Source of the DNA: an uncultured Actinomycetota bacterium
Lineage (GTDB): Bacteria > Actinomycetota > Actinomycetes > DATJPE01
DNA: 64,000 bases
Assembly: GCA_963736655.1 (NCBI GenBank)
Contig: CAVTPM010000015.1
Coordinates: 1,496,672 to 1,560,671, forward strand
Reading direction: 5' to 3'
Positions 1-8,139 of the stretch are shown here, one piece after another; position 1 is the stretch's first letter, and each line of letters starts with the position of its first letter. The notes beneath the pieces were generated by a model. That model made no database searches and was not told the DNA's origin. It saw nothing but the letters and a program-made list of their open reading frames with translations. A program made the translations under genes and the position numbers.

Positions 1-564
1 GCCCGCGAAGCGCTCCACGGCGACTGGGTCATCAGCAGCCACCTCGACTGACTCGGCCAAGAGCGACAGGGCCGCGACCGGGGTCTTCAACTCGTGACTG
101 ACGTTCGCCAGGAAGTCGCGGCGAACGTCGTCGACGCGTTGCGCCTCGCTCGAGTCGTCGATGAGAACGAGGACCCGCCCCTCGCCCAGCCGAGCAACCC
201 TGAGGGTGAGCTCCACGGGACGGCCCCGGCCGCGAGCTTGTCGGACCCGCAGAGTCCGCGGTCGGCCGTCCTTCCGGACCGCGCCGACGGCCCTGGACAC
301 CTCGGCGTGTCTCAGCTCGCCGTCCCGCACCACCCCGAGAGCGACTGCGCTCGGGGCCACTCGCACCAAGTCGTCGTGACGGTCCAGCACCAACGTCGCC
401 GAGCGAAGGACGGCAAGCACCTGCTCCATGCCCTCCGGGAGGGCTCCTGCGCCGGCGCTCTCCTCCGACCGCCCGTGGCGTGGCCCCACGCGAAGAGCCA
501 CGACTGCCACGCCAACGCTGACGAGGACCGCTCCCGCGAGCAGCGCGGCTCCGGTCGCATCCAC
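1..564 (-). CDS. senX3: Sensor histidine kinase SenX3/PhoR (N-terminal part; runs off the window)
   Basis: Not in the ORF track. Manual translation gives an N-terminal TM, then RRDFLANVSHELKTPVAALSLLAE (HisKA H-box). Divergent from phoU; TACTCT -10 lies 6 nt before GTG 564. Confidence 0.88.
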   Translation of the reverse strand, partial: MDATGAALLAGAVLVSVGVAVVALRVGPRHGRSEESAGAGALPEGMEQVLAVLRSATLVLDRHDDLVRVAPSAVALGVVRDGELRHAEVSRAVGAVRKDGRPRTLRVRQARGRGRPVELTLRVARLGEGRVLVLIDDSSEAQRVDDVRRDFLANVSHELKTPVAALSLLAESVEVAADDPVAVERFAG

Positions 565-614
565 CTGCACAGAGTAGGCGCCTGGCGGGGCCTTGCGGGA
601 CCCGGATGTGGACC

Positions 615-669
615 GTTCGCCTCAGGGTCACGCGATGTTGACCCGCAGTCGACGGACTGTTGACCGTGG
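615..669 (+). promoter_or_regulatory. PHO-box array (five 11-bp direct-repeat units) between senX3 and phoU
   Basis: GTTCGCC 615, GGTCACG 626, GTTGACC 637, GTCGACG 648, GTTGACC 659, all at exact 11-nt spacing; resembles the actinobacterial GTTCACC-N4 PhoP/RegX3 unit. Confidence 0.75.
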
Positions 670-743
670 GCCCGCCGATCTTGCGCACTTTCATGGCTAG
701 CCTGTCCTCACCCTTCTCGACCCCCATGTTCAGGAGCACGTCA

Positions 744-1400
744 ATGCGTGAGAGCTATCACGACTCCCTCGACGCGGTCACCGACCAGCTGGTCGTGATG
801 ACGCGCACTGTCGCCTCCATGATCGAGCGCGCCTCGGCTGCGCTCCTGGAGTGCGACCTCGCCAAGGCTGAGTCCGTGATCGCCCTCGACGAGGAGGTCG
901 ACGCCTTCGAGGCCGAGCTCGAGCTGCGCTGCACGGACCTGCTCGCCCTCCAGCAGCCGGTCGCCACCGACCTCCGACTGGTCACGGGCGCGCTGAGGAT
1001 GTCCGCGACCATCGAGCGGATGGGCGACCTCGCCCGGCACATCGCCAAGATCGCGCGGATGCGCTACCCGGACTCAGCAGTCCCCGACTCCCTACGGCCG
1101 ATCTTCGTCGACATGGCCAAGCAGGTCTCGGCGATGGGGCAGCGGGTCGGCGACGTCATCGCCGACAAGGACCTCAGCCTGGCCTACGAGATCGAGCGCC
1201 TCGACGACGGCGTCGACGACCTGCACCGCCAGCTGCTCCAGAGCCTGCTCAGCGGCTGGGACGGCACCGTCGAGGAAGCCGTCGACGTGACCTTGATGGC
1301 CAGGTTCTACGAGCGCTACGCCGACCACGCCGTCAGCCTGGCCCGCCGCATCGTCTACACGACCACGGGAACCCGCTACAACGAGCTCGAGAAGGGCTGA
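744..1400 (+). CDS. phoU: Phosphate signalling/transport regulator PhoU
   Basis: MRESYHDSL..., LQQPVATDLR, ERMGDLARHIA, RFYERYADHAV; AGGAG RBS at 732. Confidence 0.95.
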   Translation: MRESYHDSLDAVTDQLVVMTRTVASMIERASAALLECDLAKAESVIALDEEVDAFEAELELRCTDLLALQQPVATDLRLVTGALRMSATIERMGDLARHIAKIARMRYPDSAVPDSLRPIFVDMAKQVSAMGQRVGDVIADKDLSLAYEIERLDDGVDDLHRQLLQSLLSGWDGTVEEAVDVTLMARFYERYADHAVSLARRIVYTTTGTRYNELEKG

Positions 1401-1406
1401 CCCCGG

Positions 1407-2162
1407 TCAGCGACCCTGGTTCGCCACGGCCTTGATGGCGTCGGCGGCGGCTGCCGGGTCGAGATACTCCCCGCCCGGCACCGTGGGTCGCAGGTCGCCG
1501 TCGAGACGATAGACGAGCGGGATCCCGGTCGGGATGTTGAGGCCGGCGATGGCCTCGTCGGAGATGCCGTCGAGGTGCTTGACCAGGCCCCGCAGCGAGT
1601 TCCCGTGCGCGGTGACCAGCACCGTGTGACCCAGCAGGAGGTCCGGCACGACGCCGTCGTACCAGTACGGCAGCATCCGCTCGACGACGTCGGCCAGGCA
1701 CTCGGTGGCCGGCCGCAGCTCCGGGGCGAGGCCGGCGTAGCGTGCATCACCGGTCTGGGCGAACTCGTCGTCTGGGTCGATCGGCGGCGGCGGGGTGTCG
1801 TAGGACCGACGCCACAGCATGAACTGCTCTTCGCCGTAGGCCTCCAGCGTCGCCTTCTTGTCCTTGCCCTGCAGGGCGCCGTAGTGCCGCTCGTTGAGCC
1901 GCCACGAGCGGCGCACCGGGATCCACTGCCGGTCACAGGTGTCCAGGGCTTCCTGGGCCGTCCGGATCGCCCGCCGCATGACCGACGTGTGGAGCACGTC
2001 AGGGAGCACCCCCGCGGCCGCGAGCAGCTCGCCTCCGCGGCGAGCCTCGGCAAGGCCCTGGTCGGTGAGGTCGACGTCGACCCATCCGGTGAAGAGGTTC
2101 AGGGCGTTCCAGACGCTCTGACCGTGCCGTAGGAGGACGAGGGTGTACGGGCTGTCGGCCAT
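1407..2162 (-). CDS. gpmA: 2,3-BPG-dependent phosphoglycerate mutase
   Basis: [38 protein letters not shown]. Confidence 0.96.
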   Translation of the reverse strand: MADSPYTLVLLRHGQSVWNALNLFTGWVDVDLTDQGLAEARRGGELLAAAGVLPDVLHTSVMRRAIRTAQEALDTCDRQWIPVRRSWRLNERHYGALQGKDKKATLEAYGEEQFMLWRRSYDTPPPPIDPDDEFAQTGDARYAGLAPELRPATECLADVVERMLPYWYDGVVPDLLLGHTVLVTAHGNSLRGLVKHLDGISDEAIAGLNIPTGIPLVYRLDGDLRPTVPGGEYLDPAAAADAIKAVANQGR

Positions 2163-2171
2163 GAGGCGACC

Positions 2172-2721
2172 CTATCGAGGGGCGTGACGACCGCCGTCCG
2201 CCCCCTCGTCGCCGGCGGGGGAGCCGGACGGTCGGGCGGGGTCGGCGAAGCGGGCGAAGGCCGCGAGGTTGGCCAGGCTCTCGCCTCGCTTGAGCCGCCA
2301 CTCCCACTCCCGGCGGATCGAGGAGGCGAACCCCAGCTCGAGGAGCCGGTCGAACTCGTCGTCGGCGTAGGTCAGCACGCAGCCGAGCAGGCGGTCGACC
2401 TCGTCGCCGCTGACTGCCTCCAGCGGGACCCTCCCGACGAGGTAGACGTCGCCGAGGTGGTCGATCGGAGAAGTGGACTCCGTACAGCCGGGCGTTGCGC
2501 TCCAACAGGTGACGGTAGAAATCGGCGTGGTTCTCGTCGGGTCGGCGGACCACGAACGCCTCCACCAGCAGGCTGTGGTCCCCGACCACGAGCCAGGCGG
2601 CTGTCTGCAGCTTGTGCTGACCGGGGAGCGAGACCAGGAACGCGCCTTCTCGCACGTGCTCGTAGGTGATCTCACGCTCGTCCAGGGCGGCTCGGATCAC
2701 GTCGTCGAGCCGGACGGTCAT
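2172..2721 (-). CDS. YbjN-domain protein (frameshift near 2467)
   Basis: LPGQHKLQT...[18 protein letters not shown] continues in another frame as [11 protein letters not shown]...[16 protein letters not shown]; usual position between mshA and gpmA. Confidence 0.85.
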
Positions 2722-4010
2722 GACGAGGCCCGCACGGGCAGCGCGTGGTGCGTGGCCAACGCCTCCGCGTAGACCTGACGCATACCGTCGGCCGTCGCGT
2801 CCCAACCGAAGCCCGCGGCATGCGCCACCGCGCCCAGGCTCAACGTCGCCCGGCGGGACGGGTCGGCGAGGAGCGCCCCGAGAGCCTGAGCCCAGGCGCT
2901 GGGATCGTGCCCGGGCACGAGCACTCCGCTCCGACCGTCCGCGACCGCCGTGGTCAGGCCGCCGACCGCTGTGGCGACGACCGGGGTGCCGCAGGCCTGC
3001 GCCTCCACCGCCACCAGCCCGAAGGACTCGCTGTACGAGGGGACGACGACCAGGTCCGCCGCGCGGTAGTAGTCCGGGAGCATCCCCTGGCCGACCGGAG
3101 GATGGAAACGCACGACGTCGCGGATCCCGAGTGACCGGGCCAGCACGTCGAGGCTCTCGGGGTGTGCGAGACCGGATCCGCTCGGCCCGCCGACGATGGC
3201 CACCACGAGCCGCTCCCTCAGCTGGGGAGCATCGGACAGGAGCTGAGCTGCCGCCCGGACGAGCAGGTCGGGAGCCTTCAAGGGCTGGATACGACCGACG
3301 AACATGAGCACGACCGCGTCGACGGGGAGCCCGACGTGGCGACGGGCCCCTTCCTTCGACCCCGGGGTGAACCGTTCGAGATCCACTCCCGGGCTGACCA
3401 CCCGGACGCGGTCCGGCGCGGCGGAGTAGAGAGCCACGAGCTGGGCAGCCTCGTCGTCGGTGTTGGCGACCAACCGATCGGCGGCTTCCACCACCTGGGC
3501 CTCGCCGAGGCTGCGCATCGCCGGCTCCGGGGCGTCGCCCTCTGCCAGGGCGGAGTTCTTCACCTTCGCCATCGTGTGCATCGAGTGCACCAGAGGGACA
3601 TCCCACCGTTCTTTCGCCAGCCACCCCACCTGTCCTGACAGCCAGTAGTGGCTGTGCACGAGGTCGTACCAGCCGGGTTCGCGCTGAGCCTCGGCTCGCA
3701 GCACGCCACTGGTCACGGCGCAGAGCTGGCTCGGGAGGTCTTCCTTGGCGAGACCCTCGTAGGGCCCGGCGGCGACATGGCGGACGAGAACGCCTGGGGC
3801 CAGCTCGACCGTGGTCGGGAGGTCACTGCTGGTGGACCGGGTGAAGACCTCGACCTCGGTGCCCGCAGCCGCTAGCCGCCGCGCCACCTCGACGACGTAC
3901 ACGTTCATCCCGCCCGCATCGCCGGTGCCGGGCTGGTCCAGCGGAGACGTGTGGACGCTGAGCATCGCAACCCGCCGGGGGGTCTCCCGCACCACGCGAA
4001 CTCCGCTCAC
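2718..4010 (-). CDS. mshA: D-inositol-3-phosphate glycosyltransferase (mycothiol synthesis)
   Basis: [51 protein letters not shown]. Confidence 0.96.
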   Translation of the reverse strand: MSGVRVVRETPRRVAMLSVHTSPLDQPGTGDAGGMNVYVVEVARRLAAAGTEVEVFTRSTSSDLPTTVELAPGVLVRHVAAGPYEGLAKEDLPSQLCAVTSGVLRAEAQREPGWYDLVHSHYWLSGQVGWLAKERWDVPLVHSMHTMAKVKNSALAEGDAPEPAMRSLGEAQVVEAADRLVANTDDEAAQLVALYSAAPDRVRVVSPGVDLERFTPGSKEGARRHVGLPVDAVVLMFVGRIQPLKAPDLLVRAAAQLLSDAPQLRERLVVAIVGGPSGSGLAHPESLDVLARSLGIRDVVRFHPPVGQGMLPDYYRAADLVVVPSYSESFGLVAVEAQACGTPVVATAVGGLTTAVADGRSGVLVPGHDPSAWAQALGALLADPSRRATLSLGAVAHAAGFGWDATADGMRQVYAEALATHHALPVRASS

Positions 4011-4176
4011 GTGCTCGATCCTCTCCGATCGGGGCCGCTCACCGCATCCCGGTCGGGACACCAGCCGCTCGCCGGGCCCACCGACGGGACGGTCCGAGAA
4101 CACCGGACGGAGCCGGTCCGATTCCCCGAGCGCGAGGGGCAGCGTCCGGCGCCGAACGGCCCGGTCGTGCCGTCGA

Positions 4177-4701
4177 CTAGCGAGGACGCCGCGCGAGCAC
4201 CTCAGCGAACACTTCGAGCGCCGCAGGGGTGAACAGGACGAACCTGGCCTCGCGGACCGTCGTCGGGGTGTTCTCCAGCGTCCCGATGCCGACCCGCGCC
4301 ACGTCGTCCAGCGGCCAGCGATAGGCACCCGCGGAGATCGCCGGAAAGGCGACCGACTCGGCTCCGATCGTGTCGGCGACCTGGAGACACTCGCGGAAGG
4401 CCGACGCCAGCAGGTGCGTGCGGTCCTGCTCGACGGAGAAGACCGGCCCGACCGTGTGGATCACCCAGCGCGCTCGGAGGTTGCCTGCCGTGGTCGCCAC
4501 CGCCTGGCCGACTGGAAGGCCCTTCGCCAGCCGCCCGGCCCGAAGCGCCCGGCAGGCCTCGAGGATCTCAGGACCTCCCCGGCGATGGATCGCTCCGTCG
4601 ACGCCCCCTCCCCCCATCAGCGAGGAGTTGGCCGCGTTCACGACGGCGTCGACGTCAGCGTCAGCGATGTCGCCCCGCTCGACGGTGATGCGCAGGCCCA
4701 C
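4177..4701 (-). CDS. Macro-domain O-acetyl-ADP-ribose deacetylase (YmdB-like)
   Basis: GDI...[39 protein letters not shown]. Confidence 0.92.
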   Translation of the reverse strand: MGLRITVERGDIADADVDAVVNAANSSLMGGGGVDGAIHRRGGPEILEACRALRAGRLAKGLPVGQAVATTAGNLRARWVIHTVGPVFSVEQDRTHLLASAFRECLQVADTIGAESVAFPAISAGAYRWPLDDVARVGIGTLENTPTTVREARFVLFTPAALEVFAEVLARRPR

Positions 4702-4720
4702 GGCGGCTAGCCTGCCGCAC

Positions 4721-5280
4721 GTGGTGACGAACGGAGAACTCGGAGCGGGGTCCTTGCGCACCGGGCGCCTCGCGCTTCGGCGTTGGCAGCCCACCGACGT
4801 CAAGGAGCATTTCGACATCTACAGCCGTTGGGAGGTCGCCCGCTGGTTGGGCGCCGAACCGCGGGCGCTGACCTCGCGCGAACAGTCCGTCGCCGCGATC
4901 GAGCGGTGGGCCGGCCGCCACCGCTCTCCCTTTGGGTCTCTGGGCGGTGGTACCGGACGCGGTCGGTCACCCGGTCGGGAGCGTGCTCCTGGTCCCGCTG
5001 CAGGACAGCGACGGCAACCCGGCCGACGAGGTCGAGGTCGGGTGGCACCTGCACCCGGACCACTGGGGTCGGGGCTACGCCACCGAGGGCTCCAGGGTCC
5101 TGCTCGAGGCGGCCTGGACCGTCGGCCTCGGGGAGGTCTGGGCCGTGGTCCGTCCGGGGAACGAGCGGTCAGTCGGCCGTGACCGCGAGGCTGGGGATGG
5201 TGCCTCAGGGCCTCACCGAGCGTTGGTACGGCGTGCCGTTGGAGTCGTTCCGGGCGACGGCCCCTCACCACGGGCCGTAG
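4721..5280 (+). CDS. RimJ/RimL-type GNAT acetyltransferase (frameshifts near 4935 and 5170)
   Basis: LRTGRLALRRW / EVEVGWHLHPDHWGRGYATE...VRPGNERS / RLGM, spread over three frames. Confidence 0.82.
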
Positions 5281-5594
5281 GGCCCCATGTGCTGGCCGTC
5301 GTTGCGCCCACCGCCCCCGATCGATCGCAGGGCGGGCCGGACGTCGAGGAGGTACACCGACGCGGCGACGACCCCGACCAGACCGAGGCCGAACAGGCCG
5401 AGCGGACCGAACCACAAGGTGACGAGGCTGCCCAGGCCGATCAGCACCAGCCAGAACTGCTTGGTCTGCTTGTCCGCGGCGACGAAGGCCCGTGTCGGGC
5501 GGATCGCGGCGTCGACGAAGGCGAAGAGCTCGAGCACGAACAGCGCGAAGCCCAGCAGCTGCATGAGCCCGAAGTACGCGCCGAGGATGTTCAC
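5265..5594 (-). CDS. DUF2516 family membrane protein
   Basis: AFVAADKQTKQFW, VYLLDVRPAL, GPYGPW tail. Confidence 0.85.
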   Translation of the reverse strand: MNILGAYFGLMQLLGFALFVLELFAFVDAAIRPTRAFVAADKQTKQFWLVLIGLGSLVTLWFGPLGLFGLGLVGVVAASVYLLDVRPALRSIGGGGRNDGQHMGPYGPW

Positions 5595-5630
5595 AGCAGC
5601 GAGCCTAAGGGCGCGCTGCCGCCGCAGCCC

Positions 5631-6602
5631 TCAGGGGGACGGGCTGTCGATCGGGAAGAGGGTGCGGACCGCTCGAACCTGACCGACACGGAGCCCCCCG
5701 CCGAGCAGTGGCCACTCCGCCTGTTGAGCCACGACAGGAGCGTCGACGCCGAGAGCCGCGAGCGCCGCAGCCATGACCGGGGGGCGTGCGCGCTGACCGC
5801 CGTCGTCGATCTTGAGCGCAACGGAGCGACCGTCGGCGAGGGCGACCGCGTAGACCGCCTCGGCGCCGTCCTTGGCCACGAGCCCGGGCACGCCCCGGAT
5901 GAGGTCCGTGACGTCACGGTCGGTGCCGCCGAGCCACTCGGGGAAGGCCCGGACGGCCTCGTACGTGCGGCGCTCCGCGGTGCCCTCGCCTCCGAGTGCC
6001 CAGGCTCGGAACGAACGAGCGAGCCCGGTGAGGCTCAGTCCGAAGACCGGAGCACCGCACCCGTCGACGCCGGTGACGGTGACGGGCTCGCCCGCCAGGT
6101 CGGCCACCGTGTCCCTGAGCAGCCGCTGCAGCGGGTGCGCCGGGTCGCGGTAGGTGAGCAGGTCCCAGCCGTTGACGACGCACGTCGCCAGCATCGCCGC
6201 GTGCTTGCCCGAGCAGTTCATGGCGAGCGGTTCCGGTGCGCGACCGGACCGGATCCACGCGGCGCGGGGGATGTCGGCGTACGGGAGGTCGGGAGGGGTC
6301 TGCAGGGCGTCGACGTCGAGACCGACGCCCGCAAGGATCTGTCGCACGCCGTCGAGATGGAAGTCCTCGCCGCTGTGCGAGGCCGACGACAGCGCGAGGA
6401 GCGCTCCGTCCAGCTCGAGACCGGCCCGCAGCATCCCGATGGTCTGAAGCGGTTTGTTGGACGAGCGCGGGTAGATCGGCTCCTCGGGTCGGCCGACCGA
6501 GAAGAGGACGTCACCGTCGGCCGCCAGCGCCACCACGGAGCCGCGGTGTGCACCCTCGACGAAGCCGGACCGGACGACCTCAGCGACGACCGGCAGATCC
6601 AT
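5631..6602 (-). CDS. Asparaginase II family protein (Rhizobium AnsA-type)
   Basis: RSGFVEGAH, YPRSSNKPLQ, SHSGE, NCSGKHAAM, DGCGAP, AKDGAE. Confidence 0.9.
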   Translation of the reverse strand: MDLPVVAEVVRSGFVEGAHRGSVVALAADGDVLFSVGRPEEPIYPRSSNKPLQTIGMLRAGLELDGALLALSSASHSGEDFHLDGVRQILAGVGLDVDALQTPPDLPYADIPRAAWIRSGRAPEPLAMNCSGKHAAMLATCVVNGWDLLTYRDPAHPLQRLLRDTVADLAGEPVTVTGVDGCGAPVFGLSLTGLARSFRAWALGGEGTAERRTYEAVRAFPEWLGGTDRDVTDLIRGVPGLVAKDGAEAVYAVALADGRSVALKIDDGGQRARPPVMAAALAALGVDAPVVAQQAEWPLLGGGLRVGQVRAVRTLFPIDSPSP

Positions 6603-7150
6603 CAGCTGCCGGGGCTGAGCAGGGTCGACACGTCCGCCTCGCCGTCGCGGTAACGGCGGGTGATCTCCGCCGTCAGGGCGTCCATCACCGTCTGCACCCG
6701 ACGGCGCAGGCCGCTGACCATGCGCTCGTGCTCGGCGAGGGAGTCGAGGGAGGCCTGCAGCTCGGCGTCAGAGCGGGCGGCCACATCCGAGATGCCCACG
6801 TCGGAGACGATCTGCTCGACCTTGCGCCGGTGATCGTCCACCCGTGAGGGCTCCACGGTGAGGAAGCGGCCGGACCCATGGTCCGAGCGAGGTCCGTCGG
6901 CCAGGACCTGAGCCAGCAGGTCGATGAGCGGTGCACTGCCTTCCTCACCCCTGCGGGCCTGCTCGGCACGCACGAGGTCCATCCGTCCCTGGAGCAGGCG
7001 ACGCACGTACGACAGGTCCGCCTCCTCCTGCTCGGCGTCATGACGCAGGGCACGCACCTCGTCGAGCGATCGCTCACCCAGCCCGTCGAGGAAGTCCTCG
7101 GCGAGCACGCGGTCGATACGGCGTCGGCCGTTGGCCATCGGCTGGGTCAT
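6602..7150 (-). CDS. rsiG: RsiG/AmfC: c-di-GMP-binding anti-sigma factor of WhiG-type sigma28
   Basis: Two complete E-X3-S-X2-R-X3-Q-X3-D motifs (EADLSYVRRLLQGRMD; ERMVSGLRRRVQTVMD) and EITRRYRDGEA tail. The ORF track fuses it to the upstream gene because of a frameshift. Confidence 0.88.
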   Translation of the reverse strand: MTQPMANGRRRIDRVLAEDFLDGLGERSLDEVRALRHDAEQEEADLSYVRRLLQGRMDLVRAEQARRGEEGSAPLIDLLAQVLADGPRSDHGSGRFLTVEPSRVDDHRRKVEQIVSDVGISDVAARSDAELQASLDSLAEHERMVSGLRRRVQTVMDALTAEITRRYRDGEADVSTLLSPGS

Positions 7151-7993
7151 GCGGCCACCCCCGTGCGGTCCTTGGTGCGGAGCAGTTCGTGAGCCTGAGC
7201 AGTCGTCATCGGTGGTCGCTGCGCGAGCGTGGCGAGCTCGGCAGCGCGCTCGACCAGCTGGGCGTTGTCGCGGACCGGCTCGCCCCTGCGGAACGTCAGG
7301 GTGTCTTCCATGCCGACCCGCAGGTGACCCCCCGCTGAGAGCGCTGCCAGCGCCACGGGCAACGTCGAACGGCCCACGCCGGTAGCGGACCAGCTGGCCC
7401 CCGTGGGGGAGCGCCTGCACCGCCGCCACGAGCGCCTCGGCTGTGCCAGGCATGCCTCCCGGCACCCCCATCACCAGGTCGCAGTGGACGTGCCCGCCGT
7501 ACGGCAGCCCTTCTTGGTCGAGCAGCCGGTTGAGCGCGTGGACCTGCCCCAGGTCGAAGAGCTCGAACTCCGGCACCACCTCGCGGGCCTGGGTGAGCTG
7601 GTAGAGCTCCACCATGAACGGCCACGGGTTGAGGAAGACGTCCTCCCCGAAGTTGACCGTGCCGCAGGTCAACGAGCACGAGTCCGGCTCGGCGTCGAGC
7701 ACCGCCAGACGCGCGGCAAGAGGGTCATGGACGCTGCCCCCGGTCGAGAGCTGCACCACCAGCGAGGTGGCCTCGCGCAGGGCCGCCACCGTGTCGCTCA
7801 ACCGTGCCACGTCGAGCGTGGGCCGGGCGTCGGCGTCGCGGATGTGGACGTGGATGAGAGCGGCCCCCGCGGCCTCACAGGCGACACCGGTCGCGACCAG
7901 CTCCTCGAGCGTGACCGGCAGTGCCGGCGCATCGCTCTTCGCGGTCTCGGCGCCGGTCGGGGCGACCGTGATCAGCGTGTGCGTCGACGACAT
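7147..7993 (-). CDS. Beta-keto acid cleavage enzyme (BKACE/DUF849; frameshift near 7400)
   Basis: ITVAPTGAE, HVHIRD, QLSTGG, GTVNFG, PEFELFDLG; C-terminus GGHLRVGMED in a second frame. Confidence 0.9.
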
Positions 7994-8049
7994 GCGGTCA
8001 TGGTGTCACGTTCACCCGGATGGGGGTAAAGGCACACCGGCATCTGTCG

Positions 8050-8078
8050 CTCAACGTCCACGCGCAACCTGCCGATGG
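8050..8078 (+). promoter_or_regulatory. Putative sigma28 (WhiG/FliA)-type promoter
   Basis: TCAA(8051-8054)-N16-GCCGATGG(8071-8078), equivalent to CTCA-N17-GCCGAT, about 60 nt upstream of the DUF4388 start. Confidence 0.6.
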
Positions 8079-8139
8079 ACACGTACAAGCAGTGCGGCTG
8101 GACGTACGGCTGAGACGAGCGCGGGGAGGGAGCACGAGC

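Noticed and set aside
6602-7993. 463-aa BKACE-RsiG fusion in the ORF track
   Set aside because: The BKACE C-terminus is in another frame (7147-7377) and rsiG has its own ATG at 7150; the fusion is a frameshift artefact.
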